Part shown: piece by piece, positions 1 through 11,196 of the stretch
Numbering within the stretch: position 1 is the stretch's first letter
Layout: every line of letters begins with the position of its first letter
Origin: a candidate division FCPU426 bacterium
GTDB lineage: Bacteria > Oederibacteriota > Muellerivitia > Muellerivitales > Muellerivitaceae
Assembly: GCA_963771075.1 (NCBI GenBank)
Contig: CAVYSE010000028.1
Span: forward strand, 366,234-430,233
Direction of reading: 5' to 3'
DNA length: 64,000 nt
Notes under the pieces: generated by a model
What the model saw: the letters and a program-made list of their open reading frames with translations, nothing else
The model's database searches: none
Told to the model about the DNA's origin: nothing
Program-made: the position numbers and the translations under genes

Positions 1-174
1 CGTGTCCGTAAGAATTTCCGCGTGCGGCCGGGCAATCGCCCAGGTCACCGCGTCCTGTATGTTCGCGTGCTCCGCGCGGTTGAGTTCCCCTTGGTTTGTG
101 ACATGCCCGGGAACCAAGCCTTCCATTTCATCCGGGTCTAACGGCGTGCTGCCCGGCGCCGGGTATTCAATCAT
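1..174 (-). CDS. Mobile mystery protein B (Fic-family), N-terminal part, runs off the window edge
   Basis: Manual translation MIEYPAPGSTPLDPDEMEGLVPGHVTNQGELNRAEHANI matches the typical MMP-B N-terminus. Its start overlaps the end of MMP-A. Confidence 0.8.
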   Translation of the reverse strand, partial: MIEYPAPGSTPLDPDEMEGLVPGHVTNQGELNRAEHANIQDAVTWAIARPHAEILTDT

Positions 175-664
175 TCGTTTCCCCATCCATTGGCTCCCAG
201 ATTCGTGGATCCCCGTCGCGTATCAGGTCCATCGTCAATTCAATGATCTTTTTGGCAGAAACTTCAGAGTGAATACCTTGGGCTTCAAGATTCATGGTCT
301 GGTCCACGGTTTTTACGATTTTTTCAGCCATCTTCCTGGCCCGGTATTCCACGATCTCGGAGAGGGAGGCGTACCCCGGTTCGGGGACGATGGCCCAAAC
401 CAGCTGGCAGTTCATGGCCCGCGCAGCACGGTCGAGCGAACCCAAGGTGGCTTTTTTGGTGATCTCGTTGTTTTCAAATTGGTTGATGCCGGGGGCTTGG
501 GTACCGATCTTCTTGGCCAATTGTGCCGTTGTAAGGCCAAGGGCCGTTCGAACGGTCTTTAACCATCCGTTTTGTGGCATGGCATCTCGCAACCCGAGAA
601 ATGGAACAAGTTTGGTGTCTATCATTTCCCTTTGGTTTTTTAGCTTTTTACGGTTAGTTTTCAT
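167..664 (-). CDS. Mobile mystery protein A (XRE-type HTH)
   Basis: Motifs PQNGWLKTVRTALGLTTAQLAKKIG and AMNCQLVWAIVP; paired with MMP-B. Confidence 0.85.
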   Translation of the reverse strand: MKTNRKKLKNQREMIDTKLVPFLGLRDAMPQNGWLKTVRTALGLTTAQLAKKIGTQAPGINQFENNEITKKATLGSLDRAARAMNCQLVWAIVPEPGYASLSEIVEYRARKMAEKIVKTVDQTMNLEAQGIHSEVSAKKIIELTMDLIRDGDPRIWEPMDGETND

Positions 665-815
665 GAATTTATATTAAGTTTTATATTAAAATAAATCAAT
701 ATAAGATAATCTAAATATTATTATAAATGTCTATATATTAAGTTATACATTAATAATATTTGTTTTTGGGGTTAGATTTCACCATCTTTTAAATGTTTTG
801 AGATTTAAAAAGGGG

Positions 816-1913
816 CTAGACGATTGTCTCCGCCCTTCGATACCGATAATAGGCCGAGCAGGCGCCCTCGGTGGAGACCATGGGGGCTCCCAGGGGATGT
901 TCCGGGGTGCAGTTCTTCCCGAAGGCCGGGCACTGGGCGGGTTTCTTGATGCCTAAGAGGATCTTGCCGCTAATGCACTCGGTGCTTTCCTCGGCGGTGA
1001 CATGGGCCACGCCGAACCTTTCTTCCGCGTCAAAGAAACGGTAGTTGTCGTTCAAGGCCCAGCCGCTCTTGGGGATTTCGCCGATTCCCCGCCACTTCTT
1101 GTTCACTACCTGAAACACTTCCTTGATCACCTTCAGAGCCTCGAGATTTCCTTCTTTAAGAACCGAGCGAGAGTATTGGTTCTCGACCTCGTGCCGCCCC
1201 TCTTCCAGCTGTTTCACGCACATATAGGTGCCCTGGAGGATATCCAACGGCTCAAAGCCGGTCACGACGATGGGAACCTTGTACTTTTCTGCAATCGGCG
1301 GGTATTGCTCCCAGCCCATGATGGTGCAGACATGGCCCGCGGCCAGGTAGCCCTGCACCCGGTTGTCGGGCGAGGAAAGGATGGCTTCCATGGCGGGGGG
1401 CACCAGCACGTGTGAGGCGAGGAGGGAGAAATTATTGAGCCCCAAGGCTTTCGCCTGCACCACCGCCATGGCGTTGGCGGGCGCGGTGGTCTCGAACCCC
1501 ACGGCGAAAAAGACGACCTGCTTGTCGGGGTTCTGTTTGGCGATCTTGACCGCGTCGAGGGGGGAATAGACCAGCCTCACCTGCCCCCCATTGGCCTTGA
1601 CTGAGAGCAGATCCTTATTCGATCCGGGAACGCGCATCATGTCGCCGAAGGAACAGAAGATGACCTCTGGGCGGGCGGCGATCTCCACCGCCTTGTTGAT
1701 GACCTCCACCGGCGTCACGCAAACAGGGCATCCCGGGCCGTGTACCAGGGAGATTTGGGGAGGAAGCAGGTCTTCCAGCCCGTAGCGGGCGATGGAATGG
1801 GTCTGACCCCCACAGATTTCCATGATGACCCAGGGCTTGGTGGTGATTTTCTTGATGGATTCGGCGAGCTTCAGGCAGGCGGGACCGTCCCGGAACTCGT
1901 CGACGTACTTCAT
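816..1913 (-). CDS. hypD: Hydrogenase maturation protein HypD
   Basis: Motifs [21 protein letters not shown] and PMVSTEGAC. Confidence 0.97.
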   Translation of the reverse strand: MKYVDEFRDGPACLKLAESIKKITTKPWVIMEICGGQTHSIARYGLEDLLPPQISLVHGPGCPVCVTPVEVINKAVEIAARPEVIFCSFGDMMRVPGSNKDLLSVKANGGQVRLVYSPLDAVKIAKQNPDKQVVFFAVGFETTAPANAMAVVQAKALGLNNFSLLASHVLVPPAMEAILSSPDNRVQGYLAAGHVCTIMGWEQYPPIAEKYKVPIVVTGFEPLDILQGTYMCVKQLEEGRHEVENQYSRSVLKEGNLEALKVIKEVFQVVNKKWRGIGEIPKSGWALNDNYRFFDAEERFGVAHVTAEESTECISGKILLGIKKPAQCPAFGKNCTPEHPLGAPMVSTEGACSAYYRYRRAETIV

Positions 1914-2158
1914 TGCGCGCCCTCGTTGGCCAGGGCCTTCAACTGCTGGAAATCCTCCAGGGTTAGCTTGGCTTCTGCTTCATCCAGCAAGCTGATGGCG
2001 ACCCCCACGTGCACGATCACGTAATCCCCCACCTTGGCCTGGGGCAGGCAGGAAAGGGAAACCTCGCGGGCCACGCCGTCAAAATCCACCTTGCCCGTGC
2101 GGAAGAGGGGGTCTTCCCCCGTGACCGTCACGATTTTTCCCGGAATAGCTAAACACAT
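1910..2158 (-). CDS. hypC: Hydrogenase chaperone HypC
   Basis: MCLAIPGK N-terminus and VIVHVG motif; AAGGAG RBS upstream. Confidence 0.97.
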   Translation of the reverse strand: MCLAIPGKIVTVTGEDPLFRTGKVDFDGVAREVSLSCLPQAKVGDYVIVHVGVAISLLDEAEAKLTLEDFQQLKALANEGAQ

Positions 2159-2811
2159 GTAAGGCTCCTTCTGCGAATTCAGGTCCCAGTTGTGGAAATT
2201 GATTAATTCGTTTTTCAGTAATGACTTAGGCCAACGACATTTGGTAGGTCTGCAAAGCAAGCTTCAGAATTCTAAGCGCTTCCTTTTTATGGCCTTGAAC
2301 AACCAGCATATTTCCTAAGAGCTCCATCGTAAAGCCCAGCAATTTTCATTAAAACGTCCCCATTGAGTAGGATTTCTCTAAATAATTGGATAGACCGACA
2401 ATTCAATTATTGCGTCTTTCCGAACGCTCCATTTGAGGTAAACAAAGTATTTTTATTTTTTGTGTACAAACTAAAAGTTTCAAGACATAACTTGATCAAA
2501 AAATCTGAAACCTGCACAAATTCCGCTTGGTGAACAACAAAATACTGATATAAATCCATGGTTGTTTTCGTGGTATTTAAATACCAATTCCGAAGCTGAT
2601 CACTGAACTATCAGCACTTTTTAACGTCCTAAGCCATATTCTCGGCGGACTATATATGCCTGTTTACAGGCCCAACAGTTTTTAGGATGTGGGGGATACT
2701 TATCATGTGTTTTTTGAAATTTCATTCTTAAATCCAATTTAAAGTCGCATTCAAACGTTTACTGCATGACTTATCTTAACCGGTAGTATTAATTGGATTA
2801 TCTGACGGCGG

Positions 2812-5128
2812 TCATTTGTTCTTGAGAATTTTTCTCGCGTAGGCGGCCTGGCCAAGGGCCAAACCCCCGTCGTTGGGGGGCACCTGCTGGTGCCAATAGG
2901 GGGTGAAACCCTCTTCTTTCAGGCGCCGGATGGCGCCCTCGGCCAGATACCGGTTCTGGAAACAGCCCCCGCTTAAAAGCACCTGGGTGCAACCTTCCCG
3001 CTTGGCCGCATCCACCAGGCATTCGATGAGGGCATTATGAAATTTGCGGGAAATGATCCCGGCGGGTTCTTCGCTCCTCAAGTCCGATCAGGATCTCCTT
3101 CATCATCGGTTCCCAGTCGAGGATAAATCCAGCTCCCTGCAGAGCAATAAGGGAAAGGGATAGCGTTCCTTGGTATCGGCCCTGGAGAGCGCGAATTCCA
3201 GGCGTCATGGCCGCGTCGCCCTCGAACCGGCTCTTTTGGCATAACCCGGCCAGGGAGGAAACCGCGTCAAACAACCGCCCCATGCTGGAGGTTCGTCGGC
3301 GTGGCCGGGTTATTCAAGAGGTTGCTTGAGCACCGACAGTTCGGCGGGCTCAAAGGCCGACAACGAGGGGAATGTCGATCCAGGTGAAGATTTCGTCCCC
3401 CTCCATCTCATAGAGAATCCCCAAGGCGCAACGCCTGGGTTCTTTGGCATGCCTGGTCCCCCCCGGTCAGGGGAAAGGTCCGCTGGTGGCCCACCCGCTC
3501 ATCCTTATCACCCAGCCGGAAAAATTCCCCGCCCCAGATGGTCTGGTCCTCCCCCAGGCCCGTGCCGTCCCAGGCCGCGCCGAAAGCGGCGCCGTCCACG
3601 TGGTTTTCCGCCGCGCAGGCGTAAAGATGCGCCAGGTGGTGCTGGACCTTGATGACCGGCAAAGCCCCACTCGCATCCCTTGCGGGTCGAGGGGTAATCT
3701 GGGTGCAGGTCCACCGCCACCGCTACGGGGTCCGCCTCATAAAGCTAGGAAGGTCGAGAGGGATTGCTCGAAGGCTTCCATGGAAGGCAGGGTTCCCAGG
3801 TCGCCCAAGTGCTGGCTCAAGAAAACCTTGTCGTCCTTGGCCAGGCCTACCGTGTTCTTGAGAAAGGCCCCGAAGGCCAGGACCGATTCCCCCTTTTCTT
3901 TCATTTGGACCGGAAGGGGCGCGTAACCCCGGGCCCGGCGCAAAACCTGGGGCTGGCCGCCTAACAACCGGGTAACCGAATCGTCCATGGGCCGGGCGAT
4001 GGGGCGGTTGTGGACGAGGAAAAGGTCGGCCAAACCCCTCAAGCGTTCCAGCGCCTCTTTTTCCTCGTAACAAATCGGCTCTTCGGACAGGTTGCCGCTG
4101 GTGGCCACCACGGGAAAGCCCAGGTCCCGCATCAAGAGATGGTGCAGGGGGGTTGTGGGAAGCATGACGCCCAATTGGGGATTGCCCGGCGCCAACCCTT
4201 CCGCAAACCACTCAACCCCTTCCTTCTTATAGACCAACACGATGGGTGCCGCGGAGGAGAGCGAGGAGTGATTCCTCTCCCCGGGTGATACCACACAGAC
4301 TTTTTTGATCTCCTCCATCGAGGGAAACATGACCGCGAAGGGTTTGGCCTCCCGGTGCTTGCGGATGCGCAAAAGATCCACCGCCTCATGATTGCGGGCG
4401 TCGCAAACCAGTTGGAACCCGCCCAGCCCTTTCAGGGCGATGATCTGGCTTTTGCGGATGGCTTCCTCCGCCAACCGAAGCGCGTCTTCTTCTTTCGCCA
4501 ATACAGCCCCCGATTGGGGGTCCCAGGCTTCCAGTTGGGGGCCGCATTGGGGGCAAGCCGTGGGCTGGGCGTGGAAACGCCGGTCGGCGGGATCTTTGTA
4601 TTCTTTTTTGCATTTCGGGCATAGCGCGAATGCCCTCATGGTGGTGTGGGGCCGGTCGTAGGGGAGCTTCTCGATGATGGAAAAACGGGGCCCGCAGTGG
4701 GTGCAGTTGGTGAAGGGGTAGCGGTAGCGGCGGTCGGAGGGGTTGAGGATTTCCGCCACGCAATCCGGACAGGCCGCCAGGTCAGGCAGGACGAGCACAG
4801 TCTTGTCGCCCGCTGAGTCGCTTTCCCTGATCTCAAAATGCCCATAGCCCTTGGGCGGGAAGAACTCCACCTTCAGGTCATCGATTCGGGCTTGGGCGGG
4901 CTTTTCGTCCCGCAGGCGCTTCAAAAATGGGACGAGATCGGAAGAAAGGCCCTCCACCTCCGCTTCCACCCCTGCGGCACCGTTCAGGACATAGCCCTTA
5001 AGTGAATGTTCCTTCGCCAGGCGGTACACGAAAGGGCGGAAGCCCACGCCCTGGACCACCCCGCTCACCCGCACCTTCACCCGGGACAGGGGGAGGGAGG
5101 ACGGATCGCTGTTGTTTTTCGCGTTCAT
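2812..5128 (-). CDS. hypF: Carbamoyltransferase HypF, broken by several frameshifts (probable sequence errors or pseudogene)
   Basis: VQGVGFRP acylphosphatase motif and CxxC zinc fingers in 3737-5128; QHHLAH/DGTGLG in 3408-3662; MGRLFDAV in 3035-3283; PPNDGGLALGQ in 2812-3081. Confidence 0.93.
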
Positions 5129-5190
5129 GGAAGATCTTATTCTTTCACCTTCTCCCCTGGAGGGAGAGGGTTCACTCTTTTACATCCTGT

Positions 5191-5616
5191 TCAGCCCTTA
5201 ATCCACTCCAAAACCGCCTCGACCGCCTCATCCAGGGCCTGGAGGGTGACAGGGGAGAACCTTTCGGTGAAATCGAATTGGCGGGCCGGGACCCGGCAAA
5301 GGTAAAGACGGGGGGTGGAACCGTAAAGGATGCCCGAGAGCTCGAGCAGGGCTTCGGGTGAAAGGTGGTGGGTGGAGGCGGAGGCATTCGCTTTCGGGTC
5401 TATTTTTTCCACAAGTACCCTGTCACCCTGTGGGTCGGCATCGACAAGGAGGACCCGCTCAAAAGAGCCCCATTCCTCGGCCAGTTCCAGGTTGAGCTGC
5501 TGGGCGGTGCGTGTTTCCACGCCCGGGATCTCGCGTTTTTCCAGCCTGCGGGCCACTTCCCAGCCTGCCCCGTCGTCGCCCCGGGTGGGGTTGCCGTAAC
5601 CCAAAACCAGAATCAT
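5191..5616 (-). CDS. hoxW: Hydrogenase maturation protease (HoxW-like)
   Basis: GYGNPTRGDDGAG, VDAD and STHH motifs; lies directly downstream of hoxH. Confidence 0.9.
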   Translation of the reverse strand: MILVLGYGNPTRGDDGAGWEVARRLEKREIPGVETRTAQQLNLELAEEWGSFERVLLVDADPQGDRVLVEKIDPKANASASTHHLSPEALLELSGILYGSTPRLYLCRVPARQFDFTERFSPVTLQALDEAVEAVLEWIKG

Positions 5617-5633
5617 TTAAATTCCAATCTGTA

Positions 5634-5742
5634 ACCACAGATTGCTTCGCAATCACAGAGGCACAGTAAAAAAGGAATATTTTAGGTTTAAAAAATCCAA
5701 AAGCCTTAACCGTGTCTCTGTGGCCCCAAAGGGGCCCGTGGT
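5634..5742. repeat. Imperfect palindromic intergenic element
   Basis: Arms ACCACAG..CACAGAGGCACAG and CCGTGTCTCTGTG..CCGTGGT, each containing a small internal hairpin. Confidence 0.6.
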
Positions 5743-5767
5743 GAAAACTTTTTTATCTTTGAGATTC

Positions 5768-7201
5768 TTAATCCCTCTCCACGCTCCGGACCAGGTTCCC
5801 TCGGTGGTCGTGGATTTTCAAGACCATGGGCATCGATCCCAGGGCGTGGGTGGAGCAGGAAAGGCAGGGATCGTAACAGCGGATGGCCGCCTCGACCCGG
5901 TTCAGCGCCCCTTCCTTCACGTCCGCCCCCTGGATGTACTGGCGGGCCACTTCCAGGACCGACTTGTTCATGGAGGGATTGTTTTGCCCCGTGGCGATGA
6001 GAAGGTTCACCTTCAGGAGGGCGCCCGCGGCGTCCACCTTGTAATGATGGAAGAGCGTGCCCCTCGGGGCCTCGCAGCAGCCGACGCCCTCCAGCTGGTT
6101 GCGGGAGGCCACCACGTGGACATCGGTGGAAAGGATTTCCTTGTCGGTGAGAAGCCGCTCGATTTCCTCGACGCAGGAGAGGGTCTCAATAAGCCTGGCG
6201 TAGTGGTAGAAGAAGGTGCCGTTGACCGCCCGGCCCTTGCCCAGGGCCTTGAAGGCCTCGAACTCCACCTGTGCCTTGGGGGTTTTCATTTTGGACGCCA
6301 CGTTCAGACGCGAAAGCGGCCCCACCCGGTAGACGCCCTCCGGATAGCCCATGGGCTTGTAGTAGGGGTACTTGAGGTATGAGAAATCCACCGGCATCTC
6401 GGCGATGTAGGCTAGGTAATCGGCCGGGTTCACCTGGTCGATCACGATCTTGCCGTCCGGCCCCACCCAGCGCAGTTTGCCGTCGTAAAGCTCGTGGGAA
6501 CCGTCGGCCGTGACCAGTCCCATGTGCAGGGTGTCGCTGGGCGCGAAGCTTTCCACCTCTTCCCGATGGGACGCCATGTAGTCCTTGAGCAATTTCAGGC
6601 CGATCTGGGAGGTTTCCAAGGCCTCGGGAATCCACTTGAGGAGGGTTTCCCGGCTCTCGGGCCTCATGGGATTGGTCATGCCCCCGGCGATGACCCCGTC
6701 GGTGTGGATCTTCTTACCTGTCAGGTGCTGGGAAATTTCCTGTCCGAACTTGCGAAGCCGGATGCCCTTCCTGGCCACATCGGGAAACTTGGCGGCCAGG
6801 CCCACCACGTTGCGCAGGGCCGGGTCCGAATCCCACCCCAGCAAGAAGTCGGGGGCGGAAAGGTAGAAGAAGGAAAGCGCGTGCGAGGACAACTGCTGGC
6901 CCAGCTGGATCAAGCGGCGCAGCTTGACCGCCGCCTCGGGAATGGCCACCCGCTGGATGGAGTCGCAGGCCTTGGCGCTGGCGATGGAATGGGATACCGG
7001 GCAGATGCCGCAGATGCGCGGAGTGATGACGGGCATCTCGGTGTAGAGGCGCCCCTCGCAGAATTTCTCGAAGCCTCGGAATTCGTCCACATGAAACTGG
7101 GCGTCGGAAACTCCGCCCTTGTCGTCGAGAAAGAGGGAGATTTTCGCGTGGCCCTCAATGCGGGTCACGGGGTTGATCTTGATGATCTTGTTCTCAGCCA
7201 T
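5768..7201 (-). CDS. hoxH: [NiFe]-hydrogenase large subunit, group 3d
   Basis: L1 motif [12 protein letters not shown]2 motif [10 protein letters not shown]-terminal extension; hox operon context. Confidence 0.95.
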   Translation of the reverse strand: MAENKIIKINPVTRIEGHAKISLFLDDKGGVSDAQFHVDEFRGFEKFCEGRLYTEMPVITPRICGICPVSHSIASAKACDSIQRVAIPEAAVKLRRLIQLGQQLSSHALSFFYLSAPDFLLGWDSDPALRNVVGLAAKFPDVARKGIRLRKFGQEISQHLTGKKIHTDGVIAGGMTNPMRPESRETLLKWIPEALETSQIGLKLLKDYMASHREEVESFAPSDTLHMGLVTADGSHELYDGKLRWVGPDGKIVIDQVNPADYLAYIAEMPVDFSYLKYPYYKPMGYPEGVYRVGPLSRLNVASKMKTPKAQVEFEAFKALGKGRAVNGTFFYHYARLIETLSCVEEIERLLTDKEILSTDVHVVASRNQLEGVGCCEAPRGTLFHHYKVDAAGALLKVNLLIATGQNNPSMNKSVLEVARQYIQGADVKEGALNRVEAAIRCYDPCLSCSTHALGSMPMVLKIHDHRGNLVRSVERD

Positions 7202-7739
7202 ATGCGGCCTTCCTTTCGTTGGGGAGGTCGGGCACCTTGTCGGTGAGGAGCGCGGAAAGGACCTCGAAAATCAGGTCCGCGTCGGGGGGACAGCCGGGCA
7301 GGTAATAATCCACCTTCACCACCTGGTGCAGGGGCATCACCTTGGGGAGCAGGGGCGAAACCCCCAGGCCGTCGCCCGGGGGAAGCTTGCCGGGGACGTT
7401 CGATTCGGCCTCCACATAAGCCCGCTTGAGACACACGTCGGTGCCGACCTGGTTGCGCAGGGAGGGCACGTTGGAAGTCACGGCGCAATCGCCGAAGGCC
7501 ACCAGAACCTTGCAGTTTTCCCGGATATGCTTGATCTCCGCCAGGTGTTCCTCGCTGGAAACGGCGCCTTCCACCAGCGCGATGTCCACGGGGGGAAAAT
7601 CCTTCCCGTCCACCACCGGGCTCTTCACGATGTCGGCCAGTTTCACTACTTCCAGGAGCCGCTCGTCGATGTCCAAAAGGGACATGTGGCAGCCCGAGCA
7701 TCCGCCCAGCCAGACCGTTCCGATCTTTTTCTTGCTCAT
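7194..7739 (-). CDS. hoxY: [NiFe]-hydrogenase small subunit HoxY
   Basis: [15 protein letters not shown] and PGCPP motifs; short single-cluster form. Start corrected to MSKKK. Confidence 0.93.
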   Translation of the reverse strand: MSKKKIGTVWLGGCSGCHMSLLDIDERLLEVVKLADIVKSPVVDGKDFPPVDIALVEGAVSSEEHLAEIKHIRENCKVLVAFGDCAVTSNVPSLRNQVGTDVCLKRAYVEAESNVPGKLPPGDGLGVSPLLPKVMPLHQVVKVDYYLPGCPPDADLIFEVLSALLTDKVPDLPNERKAAYG

Positions 7740-8443
7740 AGCTCTTTCCTCTTTTCGACCAGTTCGGTGACCAGGTTGGGGAACCGAAGCAACTTGCCCT
7801 GCGAGGCTTCCTTGGGCCAGATGGCGCCCACCGGGCAGATCATGCTGCATTTGCCGCACCAGGTGCAGGCGCTGGTGGAGCCCCAGGGGTCGTGGAATCC
7901 CGCGACAATGCGCGAATCGGCCCCCCGCCCCATGACGTCCCATACGTGGGCGCCCTCCACCTCGTCGCAGACCCTGACGCATCGGGTGCACATCACGCAC
8001 CGGTTGTGGTCAATGACGAAGCGGTTGTGGGAAAGGTCGATTTCCGCCTTGGGCTGGAGGTAGGGGAACCGCACGTGCTCCATGCCGACCGATTTAGCCA
8101 GGTCCTGGAGTTCGCAGTTGTTGTTGGCCACGCAGATGGCGCAGATGTGGTTGCGCTCGGAGAAGAAAAGCTCCACGATCATCTTGCGGTATTTCTGGAG
8201 CTTCTCCGTGTTCGTGTGCACCTTCTGGTTGGGATGAACCTGGGTCACACAGGTGGGCAGGAGCTTGTTGACTCCTTCCACCTCCACCAGGCAGAGGCGG
8301 CAGGCGCCCACCTCGGAGAGCCCGTCGAAATGGCAGAGGGTCGGGATGAAGATGTCGTTCTTGCGGCAGGCTTCCAGCAATGTCTGCCCCGGATAGGCCT
8401 GGACCTCGCGGCCGTCGATGGTGAGGGTGAATGGCTCGGCCAT
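7736..8443 (-). CDS. hoxU: Diaphorase Fe-S subunit HoxU
   Basis: [28 protein letters not shown] and CTWCGKC motifs; GGAGG RBS before the ATG at 8443. Confidence 0.92.
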   Translation of the reverse strand: MAEPFTLTIDGREVQAYPGQTLLEACRKNDIFIPTLCHFDGLSEVGACRLCLVEVEGVNKLLPTCVTQVHPNQKVHTNTEKLQKYRKMIVELFFSERNHICAICVANNNCELQDLAKSVGMEHVRFPYLQPKAEIDLSHNRFVIDHNRCVMCTRCVRVCDEVEGAHVWDVMGRGADSRIVAGFHDPWGSTSACTWCGKCSMICPVGAIWPKEASQGKLLRFPNLVTELVEKRKEL

Positions 8444-10130
8444 TAGCGCACCTCCGCGGGCGACGGGAGCGAAGTTGCAGACCCCCGCCGGACAGCGTTT
8501 TTCTTTTACGTGCGCCTCATATTCATCCCGGAAGTACCGCAGGGTCGAGAGAAGCGGGTTCGGGGCGCTTTGGCCCAGACCGCAAAGACTGGTTTCCCGA
8601 ACCATGGGCGCCAGGGATTCCAGGAGCTCCAGGTCGTACTCGGTGGCGGTGCCCTTGCAGATCTTGGTCAGAAGGTCGTACATCTGCTTGGTGCCCACCC
8701 GGCAGGGCACGCACTTGCCACACGATTCGTCCATGCAGAATTCCATGAAGAACCGCGCCACGTCGGGCATGCAGGAACCCTCGTCCATGACGATCAGCCC
8801 GCCGGACCCCATGATGGAGCCCAGCTTCTGGAGCGCGTCGTAATCGAGCGGGGTATCGAGATGCTGTTCGGGGATGCAGCCACCCGAGGGACCGCCCGTC
8901 TGGGCGGCCTTGAACTTCTTTCCGTTGGGGATGCCCCCGCCGATGTCGAAAATGACCTGCCGCAGAGTGGTGCCGATGGGCACCTCCACCAGGCCAGTGT
9001 TCTGGATGCAGCCCGAGAGGGCGAAAACCTTGGTGCCCGTGCTCTTGGGGGTGCCGATGCCCGCATACCATTCCCCGCCCCTTTCCACGATGGGGGGAAT
9101 ATTGGCGAAGGTTTCCACGTTATTGATGATGGTGGGCATGCCCCAGAGCCCTTTTTCCGCCGGGTAGGGCGGCCGGGGATGGGGGGTTCCCCTCTAGCCC
9201 TCAATGGAGGCCAGGAGGGCGGTTTCCTCGCCGCAGACGAAAGCGCCGGCCCCGATTCGGATTTCCACATCAAAGGAGAAGCTGGTTTCCAGGATGTTCT
9301 TGCCCACCAGGCCCAGTTTTTTGGCCTTCTGGATGGCGGTTCCGAAACGCTGGATGGCCAGGGGATATTCGCCCCGGATATAGGCGAAACCCCGGTTGGC
9401 GCCGATGGCGTAGCCCCCTAAGATCATGCCCTCCAGCACCCGGTGGGGGTCGCTTTCCAAGACCGAGCGGTCCATAAAGGCGCCCGGATCGCCCTCATCG
9501 CCGTTGCATACCAGGTATTTCTGCTCTCCCACGTATTTGTACGACATCTCCCATTTGTTGCCGGTGGGGAAACCGGCCCCTCCCCGGCCCCTGAGGCCGC
9601 TTTGCTTGACCTCGCCGATGACCTCCTCGGGAGTCATCTGGGTCAGGGCCTTTTGCAGGGCCTTGTAGCCCCCGATGGCGATGTAATCTTCGATACTGTC
9701 GGGGTCGATCTTCGAGCAGTTTTCCAGGACGATCATTTGCTGGTTCTTGTAGAAGGAATGCTCGCTGGATTTCATCGTGGGCGAGGCGTCGGTGTCGGAA
9801 AAGATCACCATGTGGGGTACGGGCTTATGGTTCTTCACGTGGTCGGCGAGGATGGGTTTGAGGTTTTCAGCCGTGACCTTCTGGTAGATCACGTCGTCGG
9901 CCTCGATTTCACCAGCGGACCCTTGGCGCAGGCGCCCATGCATCCCACCGCTTTCACTTCCACCCCCGAGCCAGGGTTCAGGTGGCGGACTTCCTCTTTC
10001 ATCTTCTCGAGCACCTTCTGGGCGCCCGAGGAAATACAGCTGCCCCCCATGCAAACGCAGACCTTCTTGGTCTGAGGGCGCTCTCGGCGTGCAGCTTCTC
10101 GCGCAGGTTGTAGAGGGCGTGGTTTTTCAT
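8443..10130 (-). CDS. hoxF: Diaphorase flavoprotein subunit HoxF, with frameshifts and one in-frame TAG
   Basis: [33 protein letters not shown] and [10 protein letters not shown] motifs. Frame breaks near 10075, 9900 and 8460; TAG at 9194-9196. Confidence 0.92.
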
Positions 10131-10643
10131 ATCTCGGCCCCCAGTCTTTCCTGGATCTTGGCGACAATTTCCGTCGGGATTCACCCGGGGAAGCACCTCG
10201 CCGTCATAGACCACCGCGGGGGCCAGCCCGCAGGAACCGATGCATCGCGCGGTCTGAAGCCCCAGCTTGTTGTCCTTGGTGACGTCGCCCGGCTTGATGT
10301 GGAAACCCTTGTCCATCTCCTCCAGAAAGGCATGGGCGCCCTTCACGTAGCAGGCCGTTCCCGTGCAAACCACGCAGCTATGCTCACCCCGAGGCTTAAG
10401 GGTGAAGAAATGGTAGAAGGTCACGACCCCGTAGACGCGGGAGGCGGGAAGGCGCAGTTCCTTGGCGATGAGCTCGATGACGGGCTTCGGCAGGTAGCCG
10501 AAAAGTTCCTGGACCGAGTGGAGCACCTGGATGAGGGCGTCGTGCCTTTTGCCGTGGGTATTCATGATGGTTATGATCCGCCGGACCCTCGGGTCGTTTT
10601 TGGGGATGGCCGGGGCGGCCGGCGGCGGATTCAGGGAAGACAT
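10127..10643 (-). CDS. hoxE: Diaphorase 2Fe-2S subunit HoxE (frameshift near the 3' end)
   Basis: VYGVVTFY, CTGTACYVKG and CIGSCGLAP motifs. Removing one base near 10175 gives ...ERLGAEI* with an ATGA overlap into hoxF. Confidence 0.9.
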
Positions 10644-10707
10644 GGTTTTTCTCCAATCCAATCTAGAGCTTTACGCACATGCAAATTACAGGGCCTGGAC
10701 GAAAAAA

Positions 10708-11117
10708 TTTATGATACCACTCATAAAAAATATTCTAAATGAAGGATCTCCCACTAAACGATAAGGGCGAGCCAAAACAACCCTCAAGTCAAGAATCGAA
10801 CCCTGTCCCGGGAGTATCCACAAACCGAAGGGAAGAACTTAGGCAAATACAAATGCGCTCTTTCCCAATTCGAGTAAGTGACCCTTATTCCCGCCCGCAG
10901 AAAATTTTCGGGCTTCCTTGATTCATCAAAATCTTTTTCCCCCGCCGAAATATTTATCATCCCCTTTGGGTTGCCTCAGCCCATTTGCTAAATAACATTT
11001 TCATGAATGGGGGGCCTGGCACCAGCTATTGGAACACAAAAACCTTACCCGGATTGCATAAGTGTTCAAGATTTGTATGACATGGCTCATAGGATTAAAA
11101 CTATGAGTTCGCTCATA
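10708..11117. promoter_or_regulatory. Three TATGA-N6-TCATA palindromic sites in the divergent hydrogenase promoter region
   Basis: Cores at 10710-10725, 11076-11091 and 11102-11117. Confidence 0.7.
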
Positions 11118-11196
11118 CGATTTTCGACAAGAGCGGTCCATAAACTGTCATCGAGTGATTCGTCTTTACATCTTGTCCGGTTCCTTGGAGGACCCA

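Noticed and set aside
7736..9139. Apparent HoxF-HoxU fusion ORF (467 aa)
   Set aside because: The junction reads GGAGG-TGCGC-TAATG, an RBS plus overlapping stop/start like the hydG-hydD junction. A one-base indel just upstream explains the in-frame join.
11075..11118. Canonical NikR operator
   Set aside because: GTATGA and TCATAC are 32 bp apart rather than 16, and each pairs better in an N6 palindrome.
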